DNA of 64,000 nucleotides, taken from positions 25,110,001 to 25,174,000 of the forward strand of contig OX597823.1 in NCBI GenBank assembly GCA_951406725.2, written 5' to 3'. Below, in pieces: positions 38,955 to 51,336 of the stretch. The DNA is from Octopus vulgaris. Its lineage: Eukaryota. A model generated the notes under the pieces. The model was not told the DNA's origin. It saw only the letters and a list, made by a program, of their open reading frames with translations, and made no database searches. Each line of letters starts with the position of its first letter. Within the stretch, counting starts at the first letter, position 1. The position numbers were made by a program, and so were the translations under genes.

Positions 38955-40886
38955 GGCACGCAGTGACCAACAACAGAATGAGGTTAGCATGGTCAGTTAC
39001 TTGCAGCTGGCTTTTATTCACTTGAGATTGTGTCAACTGTTTGAATCTACACAACAGAGTACACCTTTTGGACACATGAACGTGGTTGTCTTTGGTGATT
39101 TGTTTCAATTATCACCTGTTAAAGAAAAAGTGGTGTCTAAAAGAATCAGTTGCCATGATGCCCAAAGAGCATGCTTAGGCATTAGCAGCCACTACTTGTT
39201 GAGATTCTTTGATTATGATGAGTTGACAGTTAACATGTATCAGAAAGGCAATACGAAAAATTACGTTAACATGCTCAGCTGAATCAGATTGGGTTTACTG
39301 CTTGACTCTGACATCCAAATTCTTAATGAGCATAGAATTGAATCCAACGGCAAAGCTGCTCTCAAACAGGTTGCTTACAAAATGTGTGAGCTGACTCAGA
39401 CAACTGATTTGAGTATCATTTGCATTATACCTATGAACGACTCGGTAACAGCATTTAGCAACCTTATGCTTGTTAAATTTGGCATTAGTGCTGTCGAGAT
39501 TGCTGCCATTGATTCCAGCATGTGGCAAACCAAAGGTCAAAAAAAGAAAACTAAAAGTAAGAAGTTGACCACCCAGGCAAAAAAAAAAAAAAAAGTGTGA
39601 TACTGCTGGCCTTGAAACTGTCCTTAAAGTTGGTATTAATGCTTGAGTAATGCTTAAGCACAACATGGATGCAGACAGTGGTTTGTGCAATGGTGAGATG
39701 GGAACTGTCAAGACTCAACTACGAATTTGGAAAGATTACTTCCATTGACGTTCTCTTTGATAGTTTAAACAAAGTCTTTTTCCATCAAAACTATCAAAGC
39801 CAATTACGAATTGTCACCTGGTGTGTTCATCACTAGAGATCAATTTCCCTTGTGTATTGCATATGCAATTTCTATCCACAAATCACAGGGAATAAGTGTC
39901 AATAGTGTCATTGTTGATTTGGGGACCGGCGTTTTCTCCGACAGTATGGCTTATGTGGCCTTGTTCAGAGCTCGCAAACTGTGCAATGTTCACTTGATTG
40001 ATCTTGATCCATCGAGTTTGATCATGTGTGATTCCAGTGCTTGGAAAGAATATAACTATTTGAGAGAGTGTATTAATGTGGAACCACTTCCATTGTGTAA
40101 CGTGAGGCTTAAAATTATCAAACAAGCTAAAAAGGCAACTAAGGAGAGTAAAGTTGCCATAAATATGGATAGTGAAATCATCAACTTGCTGAAATTGAAA
40201 AAGGCTAGATTTGACAATACAGTTGCAAAGCCGTACAACGAGAGGAACACTTGTTTTGTGAACAGTATGATACAGGTTATCTGCCAGCTACCTTTGTAGG
40301 CCAAATATATGCAGTCCAGTAATGATATTGTCATTCATGAAATTCACAATATTACATCTTCATCTGGAACTAATTGGTAGCCAACTTGAGAAATATTATT
40401 GGCAGCAGGTTTAACAATGGTACTTAGCAGTGTGCGCATGATTTTTGGAAGCACATTTATTATTCACTGCCTGAAAATGTCAAACAAACATTCATGTTTG
40501 AGGAGAATACCTTGCTCAGGTGCACTAGAAAATACGAGGCCAATTGCCCCAAATTACACAATAACAAGTGTGATTGCGTATTGACCAATGGGTGTGGCAC
40601 TTCCATGAATACGGCCAACCTCAAGTCTGATCTGAAGTTGCATCCTATTAGTGGTTGGTGACAGTTTAAAAGCTTGCTCAAAAATGAGGCTTCAATTATC
40701 AAGAGGTGCAGTCTGTGTGGCATTGACACCGAGCACACTGGTATAGTGAGCCGTGTGTTCCCAAACACTATGTATTACCTGGTTGTTTATTTGAACAGAT
40801 TCAAATATATAGACAATCAGATGGTCAGGATTAATTCAGAGTTGATGAATTATTCTGTTGACAATAGGGATAACCTTTATGTTTGA
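38955..40886 (+). pseudogene. Decayed PIF1-family (Helitron/Helentron-like) helicase fused to a USP (peptidase C19) domain
   Basis: SMVS...IHLRL...PFGHMNVVVFGDLFQLSPV; ELTVNMYQ; TAGLETVLKVGINA*VMLKHNMD...GLCNGEMGTV; RDQFPLCIAYAISIHKSQGIS...AYVALFRAR; then in the same ORF NERNTCFVNSMIQVICQLP, and later QCAHDF and LVVYLNRF; contains stops and frameshifts. Confidence 0.85.
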
Positions 40887-40889
40887 CTC

Positions 40890-41500
40890 ATAGCCGCCAC
40901 ATCTTAGTGATTTCAATTCTCAGGTTTCCATATTTATCAACATTTTTCTCTTTCTTTCATGGTGATATGTTGATCTCCAGGCACTGCCATGTCAATTATT
41001 AGGCACTCTTGTTTGTCCCTCCTAAAGGTTACTATATCTAGCCTTTGGTGCTCTAACACCCTGTATCTGGAAATCAAAATCCCAGAGGATTTTTGCCTTC
41101 CCCTTTTCCATACTTATGGCATAATAGCCAGTTGAGGTTTTGGGCTACCTTGTCATGTCTAGACTTGTACTCTTTCTGTGCAAGACTTTCACGAGCACTA
41201 ACAATGTGTGTCACGCTTTCGACACTCTGCCGACACATTCTGTTAAGGTCTGTTGCACTTGTGTGATATATATTCTTTTTCATGGAGCTGGTATTCAATG
41301 CCTGGCCCTGGGCAGCAATGATTAGGCTTTCAGTATTCTTTTTTAGGTTACCCTTGTTGAGCTACCTCCATGATGCTTCCTAGTCTTTTAATTTGTTGGT
41401 TTCACGGTGGAACTGACCATGTAATTCCATATGGAGTAGGATTTCTTCTCTCTCATTGGCTGTTCTTGATCGAAATTCATGAGCACTCTCAAGTTCATTT
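40890..41500 (-). mobile_element. R4/Dong-type (RLE endonuclease) non-LTR retrotransposon fragment
   Basis: RMCRQSVESVTHIVSA...LAQKEYKSRHDKVAQNL (decayed CCHC knuckle plus RHD motif), followed by LWDF..I and PDIV/IIDMAVP-like motifs. Confidence 0.8.
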
Positions 41501-42059
41501 TTGTTTATTGTGGTGGTGATGGGTGATGGTGAGCTGACAAAGCTGTTAACATATCAGACAAAATGTTTAGTGGTATTTTGTTCATCTTTATATCCTAAGC
41601 TCAAATTCTGCCATGGTTGATTTTGCCTTTCATCCTTTCAGGGTCAATAAAATAAGCATCAGTCATGTACTGGGGGTTGATGTAATTGAGTATTCCTCTC
41701 CCAAAATTTCAGACCTTGTGTCTATAATAGAAAGGATTATTATAATGGTGACTATGTAGAGCACTGGAAAAAAGGCCATGCAGTATTTCTTCTGGCCCTT
41801 TATGTTCTGAGTTCAAATCCTGCTGAGGTCAACTTTGCTTTTCATTCCTCCAAAGTCAGTAAAATAATGTACTAGTTGAGATTGGGACTGATTTAATCAA
41901 CCCCTTCCCCACGAATTTCTGGCCTTGTGCTTATATTCAAAACAAGAGTGGTAGATAAAATACTTTGTAGCATTTAATTTTAGCTCTTTAAGTTTTGAGT
42001 TCAAACAAGGAAGTTAAGAGGATCTCCAAAAATTGGGTGTTAATTATTTTGGAAGATAT

Positions 42060-42720
42060 TCAATACCCAAGTACCAATCTCAAAATCTTAGCTGTTTCCA
42101 GCGGAGCTGTTTTATGAGCCTGCTCCCATGTCAATTCCGTTTTTCTGACATATTTCTCATACTTGGTTGTTAGCACTCTGAGTGCCCCTACAACTGCTGG
42201 GATAACAGACACTCTCCTCTTGGCCCACATTCTTGCAATTTCGTCTTTTAGTTGTCTGTACTTTTCCATCTTTTCTAGTTCTTTGTCACTTATGCATGCA
42301 TCCCTAGGTATTGTAATATCTATAGTCTTGGTTTCCTTTTTTTTTTATCTTCCATAACAATGCCTGGTCTCTAAGCATTGATTAGGGAGTCACATTGGAT
42401 TGTAAAATCCCACAGTATCTTATATTTATTGTGCTCGATGACTCCTGGTTCATGTTTGTACCATTTCTGTGCTTTGTTCAGGCAAAACTTTTCACATAGC
42501 CTCCAGTGGATGAACTTAGCCACATTATAATGCCTCCTTTTGTAGTGCTTTTGGGCCAGCTTGCTACACTCACTCACTTTTGCTGCCACACATGCTACAA
42601 AGGGGCAATTCACTGTTCTTATCTATTTAGAACTTGGTGTAATTAGTTCTCAGAGTTTGTTCTTGGGTGCTGCATACCAATGCCTCAGTGCATCCTTTCA
42701 GATCACTTTTTCTTAGTCAT
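42060..42720 (-). mobile_element. Second R4/Dong-type RLE retrotransposon C-terminal fragment
   Basis: CSKLAQKHYKRRHYNVAKFIHWRLC...ILWDFTIQCD...EKMEKYRQLKDEIARMW...VIPAVVGAL...ILRLVLGY*. Confidence 0.85.
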
Positions 42721-42730
42721 CACCAATAAT

Positions 42731-42756
42731 TGCTGCTGCTGCTGCTGCTGCTGCTG

Positions 42757-42812
<56 letters not shown>

Positions 42813-42848
42813 ACTACTACTGCTGCTGCTACGACAACAACAACAACA
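42731..42848. repeat. Compound (CTG)n/(CTA)n/(CAA)n microsatellite
   Basis: Directly visible trinucleotide runs. Confidence 0.95.
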
Positions 42849-43839
42849 GATAGACATAGATGTTAAGAGATGAGATGATATTTGGATTGTCCAGTTCAGA
42901 AATAATGTGTAATATAACATACTTTGCATATATTTAGTCATTTGATTTAGAACTACCATTTCAACTGCTCGTGCTCTTTTACCATTATTAGTATTATAAA
43001 TATTAAAGGGTTAAATTCTAGAACATACACTCCACTATGTGAATCAACATATTTGACACCATTCGTGTAATGAATACTTTCTAGAATTGTGTATCTTGTC
43101 AAAGATTTCACTCTTTAGCATCCATAATACAAATGGTGTTACATATGTTTTACATATACAGTAGCTTAGTTGTACCTTGTCCAAAGTTTAATCTTTTAGC
43201 ATTCATAAGACAGACAGCTATTGCTGAAACAACAGATTTTTTATAAAAGCTGTCCCAGCAGTAACCATTGTTTCTTATTGACTATAGTGTATCTAGGAGA
43301 TTTTTACGATAGTACAGAATGCTCTAGTAGAGATTTGGTTGTTATTTTTAGCAATTGTGAAAGTTCACTTGTACTGATAACTCTGACAGCATTAGATATA
43401 TTGATGTATAGCTATTGCAGTTTGATGATCAGCAATATGGAAATTCATGTAATTAGAGATGAGGAACTTGTGACAATAACCATAAACAGCTCTCATTCCT
43501 TGGCACTGAATACTGTTTTAAACTTCCCCCTGGTACATACATATGCTATACACAGATATATTGAAATATTCAGGTAAATTAAGACAATCTCTCTTGCATC
43601 CTTTGTGACGTTTAATGTTTATAACTTTAGACATGCAGTTTTCTCATAAAGTACAGTTATGAATATTAAAGGGTTTAACTTTAGATGCACAATTGTAGAT
43701 AGTTAGTTTTACTTTTATTTATAAAGTATTAAATGAACAAATACCCTCTTTTAAAATATTTAAAGAAGAAAAAAGATTAACTAAAATAAAAGTAAAAAGA
43801 TTTTTGAAGGACAAAATTGATAAATGAAATCCAATTTAC

Positions 43840-43919
43840 ATTTGTACAACTGCTTCGTCTATCAAGTCAATTTTGTTCTGTACAATAACAGTTATAATAC
43901 TGCCAACTTCCTCTTCGAC
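43840..43919 (-). CDS. RAB23: Rab23 coding exon 4
   Basis: cccatag|GTC...CAAAT|gtaaat; VEEEVGSIITVIVQNKIDLIDEAVVQ (G4 NKID). Confidence 0.93.
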
Positions 43920-44859
43920 CTATGGGAGAAAAGGAGATATGGGAAGGAAGTAATTAAAAAAGAATAAAAAGATGGAATAAATATAAAAACTATAAATTGT
44001 TTCATATATTAAACTGCTAGGATGAATTATTTTAAAAATAATTGTTAATTCCCAGACCACTAATCTCATCTTTTCTAATTCATTGCTCTGTTGTAATTCT
44101 GATTGACATCAGGAACCCTGTTCCAACATAGTTATCTGGGCCCATTTTGAACTCAGAATCTTATTTCAAATACAAAATTTCAATTCTATTAACAATGGTA
44201 TTACAGTTTCTCAGAATCTACGTAAATAATGATTTCAATTCAGAAATCAGCTCTGAAAATGTGTCATTATATTTAGGAATACAATAGCTAAAGATGATTA
44301 GATTAGAGAAAGGGTCAATCAAAAAATTATGTAGAATATAAGAACAAGAAAGATACAGTTGAAATTTTGTATAATGATTTCAATTTTATAGTTTTTTTTT
44401 TTAATTTGATATTTTTATAAATATTAATTTCTTATTCATTAGAATCAAGGTTACAAATTTAGAGGTGAGGATTTCTCAATGGCTTTAATACACATAGATA
44501 ATTTTCAGTATTTCAGATAATATGCCAAAACAGTCACAGAAGTCTAGTGCAGGCTTCTGCCTGGCCAGCTCCTGTCAAACCATCCCACCCATGCCAGCAT
44601 GGAAGGTGGATGTTAAACGATGATGATGATGATACATAGATCATTTTCAGATATCAGTGTACACACATACATGTATGAATATGTGTTCAGAAACTGTCGG
44701 CCTATGAACTCTGTCTCACTTTATTTGGATGAATGGATTCCTGTCAGATCACACCGTAGCAGTATGAACTGATGAGTCTCTACTAACCAGGCTTGATATG
44801 TAGAAAAGGAGTCAGTAATAATTATGTATGGTACCAAAACAGCTCTTGTACAGATGATG

Positions 44860-45570
44860 AGATATAATGGTAACATGCTGTTACAAACAGGCTGATAGAA
44901 AAGTACACTTCATATGTAGCAGATGCACAGGAGTAGTCAACAGTAACTTAGATTCTTTCAAATACCAGGAAGGTTTCCTAGAAATAATTGATAGCCTTTG
45001 TTTCCAATGTGATCTAATTAGCAGTAGAAGTAGATGTCCTGAAAGTATAGTAGCAAAATGAAGAATGGGGCTGAAATTTTCAGGGAGTGAGAGGTAGATT
45101 ATATATTTGTGTATGAAGCGTGATGTATGGCAGTGAGACACAGGCTTTGAATGCAGAGGATTTGCAAAGGTTAGAAAGAAATGACACTATGCATCTAGTG
45201 GGGCAAACATGATCTACTAGATATGCAATGTTGGGTATAAAAATAACAAAGTACAAATGAGCTGAGGGAAAAGCTGAATACATGAGGAATCAGATATAAT
45301 GAACAGAACGAGAAGGCTGCGCTGGTTATGGTTATATGATACACATGGAGGATATCAGTTGCATAAAGAAATCAGAAGTGTCAAGCAGTCAAAATAAATG
45401 GAACCTCTGGACAAAGAAGATCTAGAAAGGCAGGAGATAAAGTAGATAGTGAAGAGTAACTTAAAGAGACTGAACTTCACAATGCAAATGATAAAAAAAA
45501 AACATGGGAAATAGCAACACATGGTCCTGGAGAAGGCCCACCCAAGCAGGCAAGCATGGCAAAACAAGAT
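44860..45570 (+). mobile_element. RTE-type LINE 3' fragment, heavily degraded
   Basis: FICSRCTG...LEIIDSLCF..DLISS...CPESIVAK..., later RRLRW..G.V-like and RP..TW-like remnants. Confidence 0.55.
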
Positions 45571-45817
45571 AGTGATGGAGACTGGGATGCATAATATTTC
45601 TATATGTTCCTGTTCTGTCTCCCTCTATTACTCACCCAATCTCTTAACTTTCCTATCATTACTGTACCATACCATTAGTATAACAAGGGATGACACTGGA
45701 TCTGTCTATATTCAGTCATTGCTACCATCCTCCTCCATCGTGGTGCTGATGCAACAAAGGATGGCATTGATTTGTCGGTATTCAGTCCTTCAACTGTCAC
45801 TCTCCTTTATCACTCAT

Positions 45818-46840
45818 AATAATAATAATGAAATAATTGTGTATAGTGCTCAGGTGCACTACAACTCATCAAAAGTACATGTACAGTACATAGAATTATG
45901 TACAAAAGACAGGAAAGTGAACAGTGTAAGAGTCAGGGTATACATGTGTGCATGCGTATGGAGGTAGGGATATCAGGTGTAGTATTGGGGATTTTCAGGA
46001 AGCATGGAGGTTTTAGAGGATGGAATGTCTTGGCAACTAACAACTGATGCAGTTAGTTTGTTCCATGCTTCAGCAACACTGAAGTGTGAAAAAATGTTTC
46101 CGAAAGTCATGGGAGCTGTGTTGTTTTCTGACTTTGTAGGCATGTCCATGTGTGTTAGACACATGGAGCTCAAAAAAGTGTTCAAGGTGGTTGTTGGTGC
46201 AAAGGTTAATAATTTTGTAGGTGTTTACTAAGTCAGTTGCCAGATATTGGAGCTTCAATGTATCTCTGCCCAGGGAAGCAAGGCGTTCAGAGTATGGTAA
46301 ATGCCTGATGGAGGGTATTCACTTGGTTGCATGTCTCTGAAAAGTTTCCAGGAGGTCAATGTTCTGAGCAAGATAGGGGTTCCAGACTGGAGATGCAAAT
46401 TACAAGTGTGACCACACCATAGCCATATACAGCTTTAAATAGATAGCTGGAGAGTGGCTGACAAAGATCTTACTGAGTGATGCCAAGACACCCTCAGCCT
46501 TCTTGACAATTTTAGAGATGTGCTTTGTCCAGTGCAAATTGCTGCTGACAGTAATACCCAGTTCGCATTCACAAGAAGACTTCTTGACATTAGTATTGTG
46601 GAGAGAGTATGTGGATGCTGGGTTTTTCCTCCCAAAATGCATGGTGGTACACTTGTTCACAGCCAGCTCGAGTTACGACTCCGTGATCCATTGCTGCATT
46701 ACATGCAGGTCTGATTGCAGGAAAGATCTATAGTGTTCAGGAGCTGTCCTTTTTAGCTCAAGGTACAGCTTAATGTCATCTGCATATTTCAGCACTTTCT
46801 TTAAGTTGGCATCTATGTCATTAATGTATGCGACAAACAT
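45818..46840 (-). mobile_element. CR1/L2-type LINE 3' end, same family as 14700-15770
   Basis: FVAYINDIDANLKKVLKYADDIKLY...KCTTMHFGRKNP...LGITVSSNLHWTKHI...LYMAMV; shares the 3' UTR (gtgcacctgagca...atttcattattatt). Confidence 0.9.
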
Positions 46841-47722
46841 GGATATCCATCTCTTACAATCATCCATATTTATTGCCACTCATATCATCATCTATCACCC
46901 TGACCCCCTCATATCATTCTTTCTTTCCCCATAATGCCATGCTTGCTGTTTTCATTTTAATCTCCTTAACAATTTGCATGTGATTGTTTATTACTGATTC
47001 TTCTGTCTATCATTGTTTAATCTCACTATGTGATTTATCACTCTCTCTCTCTCTTCTAACTCTGGTTATCAGTCATTGCTCTCTCTCACTGTCTCCTCTA
47101 ACCCTGCTTATCTCTCAGTATTCCCTCTTTTCTATTCATGCTGTTATAGTCTGTTTTCTTTGTCTCTTATTACTCTCTATTTTCCCTATTTTCTCCAGTC
47201 AACTGTATTGAACAGAGATGATATAGGCTAAAGAGAACACTTTACTTATGCTGAGAACAAGCCAAGTTCTCTTGTGCTGGTGTCATAATAAAATGCCCTC
47301 AGTACACACCATAAAGTTGGCTGCCCTTGAAAGGGCATCAAGCTGTAGGAACTATGCCATAAATGTTAGGTACAAGGAAGACATGGTTCCTGAGCTGTCT
47401 AGGAGGGCAATTATTCCAAATAAGAGCTAACTTGGACCATGATGACCAATCCAACCAATGCCAGCATGGAAAGTGGATTCAGAATGTTGATGATGATGCA
47501 CTCTTATTCCTGTGTACTTACCATATATAAAAATCAGCTAGCCTGTGGTCCCACTCCACAGTAAAACCTGTCCAACCCACACCATTATGGAAAGTGGATG
47601 TAAAGGACATACATACACACACTCATATATGTCACTATCACCATTGCTCTTCAATAATGATATAGAATAGAAAAAAAATATATAAAACACGAAAGTGGGG
47701 AGAAGAGTACTGAAAGACTTAC

Positions 47723-47799
47723 TTTTTGTTTCCATCCTTCAATAGCCTCAAAAGATTCCCTGTCCACAGTGGAAAATACCAGAATACATATTTGAGCAC
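47723..47799 (-). CDS. RAB23: Rab23 coding exon 3
   Basis: tctgtag|GT GCT...CAAAAA|gtaagt; (G)AQICILVFSTVDRESFEAIEGWKQK. Confidence 0.95.
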
Positions 47800-48488
47800 C
47801 TACAGAAGAAATTCGAAAAACAAATAGAATGTTTTTTGCTCCTTGTGTGTGTGTGTAGTCCAAGGGCATAAAATTGAGAACAGAATTTGTAAACTGGAAC
47901 TACAACATATGTATTTATTATTTACTCTACAAAAGGTATAGTGTATATTTTTACTTTGTGTGTTTTTGTGTGTATGCATGAGTGTTTGCATGTATATTTT
48001 AATAGTAGTGTGTTTGCAAGTAATTATGAATACAGTAATATAATGAAGACATACACATATGATGTACCTGTAGATATGAATTGTGGATAAGCAATTTGGA
48101 TTTTAAGAGGTTCAGATGACAAGGAACTGTTATTCAATTGTTTAGCCCTAGGTCAGCCCAAATTTAGCAGATAGATGCTCGAAAACGTTTCAACTACAAA
48201 CATGCCTCTTCTATACAACAATACATTGTCCAAATGGTCTTTCCTTTTCTGTATGTAGATAAGGGATTAACCTTTTGGTTTAAATATCAGGAATTCAAAT
48301 CCATAGTAATCATTTTGTTCAATCTGTAGACAGAGTTAATAGGAAGGGTTACAAGATCATCTGAGAGTGCTATTTCCAATAGATTGGTGTCTTATCTAGA
48401 GGAAAAGTTATCTCACTCTTAAAGACCACCACCACTAAATTTAGATGTTTACATTTATTTTACATTGTGTTCATAGCCCAGGATAGAT

Positions 48489-48727
48489 CAGTCCACTTAG
48501 CTGTAAATAGGTATCACACAGAGGTGTAGTTCATTACTGTACCCACTCCATCTAGCTGTATGCAGGTACCATACAGAGGGACAGTTCACCAATGCACTCT
48601 GTCTGTGTGGCTGCATCTAAGTACCATATAATGGTATACTTTACTACTGTACCAGTCCACCTAGCTGTCTGTAGTTATCATACAAAGGTGCCTTTTCCCC
48701 ATTATACCCAACCTATCTAGTTGCAAC
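48489..48727. repeat. Degenerate ~55-bp minisatellite, ~4.3 units
   Basis: Units begin cagtccacttagctgt / cactccatctagctgt / ctgtctgtgtggctgc / cagtccacctagctgt / caacctatctagttgc. Confidence 0.7.
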
Positions 48728-49467
48728 AAGGTTGTTTGTGGATGTTAAACTTTACTATCGTAGTCAGAGAGTATTGTGTAATTTGTGAATGTTCAACTGA
48801 TTTGCAGTGTTGGGTTACCTGATGACGTATCTTGGCTAAACTCTCTTGGAGTCCAATAAGAATACTCATCCATTGATGGATATATCTGATTAGAAATAAT
48901 GAAGCACCTGATTCTATTGGTCATAATAAAGTGACAATAAATTATGATTTATTTGATCAAACATAAAGCCATATTTTACTTGGAAGTGTATATAGTGGAG
49001 TGATTGAGTCTCCAATATAAAAGCATATTGTAATTTGCTTAAGAATTACAAATGTGTAAATGATATAAATGTTTGAAAAAACATTGAGCAATACAAGTAA
49101 AAAGTTAGGCAAAATATGTAAAGTGATGCTAATAAATAAAAACAAAAAGAAAAGATATATTGTCATACATAGGTTGTTTAATGATCCTTCAAAATTTTGG
49201 GAAAGGTTCTCATTTTCAAGTAAAAGAAAGAAAACATATATCAGTATATTGCTAGTGGTTAAGCTCTTGATTCCAGAAGAATGACAAAGCTCATTAATCC
49301 AATTAAGATTTGAACTCATAATGCAGAGATAAAACTAAAAAGTGTAAGACATGCATTGTACATTTATTAGTAACTCATCCAACTCAGAAAAACAAATGCG
49401 AACTAATAAGGGCACCTCAATATAGTCACTTAACCTGTTAGAAATAACAGCCAAATCACACACTGGA

Positions 49468-49526
<59 letters not shown>

Positions 49527-49619
49527 TATGGTGATGCAAACAGGAAAAATAGAACTTACACACACACACATACATACTAATAGGTTTGACTCTAGAGTCA
49601 CTCTTGCTTCTGAGACATC

Positions 49620-50757
49620 TATGAGGGAGAGTCAAAAATTATAAATTATACACACTCTTGTTTTTTCAATGTATTTATACAAATGCAGGGGATAAACAAG
49701 TATATCATTTTTCTATATAGTCTCCTACCTTTCCAATGCATTTGGTCCAGTGGTCCACAAGCTTGCATATTCCCTCCAAGAAGGTTTTCAGTTGATCATG
49801 CAACCATTTATGCACCACTTCCTATGTGAACATCATCCATAGGAAATCGACAACCAAGTAAACCATCTTTGAGTGGTCCAAAAGATATGATAGTTAGAAG
49901 GGGCAAAATCTGGGCTGTAGGCAGGGTGTTCCAGCACCTCAAAACCCAGTTCATTAATGGTTTCAACAGTTTGGGTGACCATGTGTGGGCATGCATTGTA
50001 ATGAAACAACAAAACTTTCTTTGACAATAGGCTTTGGCATTTGGTGCAAATTGCTGGCTTCAGTTTGTTGGCCAGGAAGGCACTATATCTTGCACTGTTG
50101 ATCATAAACCCCTTTTCCAGGTAGTCTTCCAGTATAGGCCCTTTTGAGTCCCCAAAAGAGTTAGTCTCAACTTTCCCATGGAAAACTGAGTCTTGAATTT
50201 CTTCATTGCTGACGAGCCAGGATGTTTCAACTCCATACTCTGTCTTTTAGATTCTGCATCATAATGATGGACCCATGCTTCATTTGTGGCTAAAAATTCC
50301 TCATTGTTGTAGCAATCAAGTAAACATTTGCAGACCTCAAGACATTTGCACTTGTGCTCTACAGTAAGCTCTCTTGGCACCCATCTTGCACAGACTTTAC
50401 GGAATCTGAGCTCATTGTGGATGATTTGATTGGCAGAACCATGACTAATCTGCAGAGAATGAGCTACCTCATCATATGATAACTTGCTGGTTCACCATTA
50501 CCATCTCTAAAGCTTGCAGAATCTTCTCATCAATGGTGGAGGCTGACAGGCATACCCATATTGTGGTAAAAGCCTCTTATGAATTCCAGCACCTGACAGA
50601 CCTTCCAACCATAGAAATTGGAACATGATTAGGCTCAAACTTCAATCATGTGGCCACAATAGTACCAACTATAAGCACACATGCACAGAAGGCAGAGTGA
50701 CAATAATAAAGATATGTTATGGTGAAAGTGTGGATAATTTTTTTACTTCCCTTCGTG
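49620..50757 (-). mobile_element. Tc1/mariner DNA transposon, near full length, inactivated
   Basis: WVPRELT...NEAWVHHYDAESKRQSME.KHPGS...KKFKTQ; INSARYS...KLKPAI...HYNACPH...LGFEVLEHPAYSPDFAPSNYH; imperfect TIRs TA-tgagggagagtcaaaaattat / ataatttttttacttcccttcg. Confidence 0.9.
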
Positions 50758-51250
50758 TATGTATATATATATATATATACATACACACACATATATATAA
50801 CCGAGCAATTATAGATTACAATGTACAAACCATTATTGCTTGCTAATTGATAGATAAATAACAGCTTGATTTACTGGTTGACCTGATTAAAAATAGAATA
50901 CCAATGAAAGTCATACACCCAAACAAGAATTTGAACACTGCACTGCTAGCATGCGAAACACATTCCAAATTCACAGCAATTATTACTAACAACACTAAGT
51001 TCCTATTGTCTTATACCTAATTGAAAGTTATATATCTTAAGCATAGATGAATATATTGTCAGTGACAGAATGTGAATTATTGATTTCTTAGGTGATTGTC
51101 AAGGACTGACTTAAACAGCTACATTCTCCATGGACACAAAACATCTTGATCATGAGAAGAAGAAAAAAACAAAACTTCAGTTGTATTTGGGAAGTAATGA
51201 GGTGTTTGAGAGAAAAATACATGTTAGAAATTTAATGAAATATATTATAC

Positions 51251-51336
51251 CTCGATAATATGCCTTAGTGATGGCATCAAATTCTTCTTGGCCAGCTGTG
51301 TCCCACAGCATTAAATGTATATTCTGGGTACCTACT
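51251..51336 (-). CDS. RAB23: Rab23 coding exon 2
   Basis: atttag|A GTA...CGAG|gtataa; [28 protein letters not shown] (G3 WDTAGQE; [14 protein letters not shown] is Rab23-type). Confidence 0.96.

Noticed and set aside
42720-42959. Poly-Ser ORF
   Set aside because: Arises from the trinucleotide microsatellite; no splice or homology support.
44762-44810. CTGATGA followed by a possible stem II (also CTGATGA at ~48820 and ~12902)
   Set aside because: No correctly placed GAAA or stems I/III.
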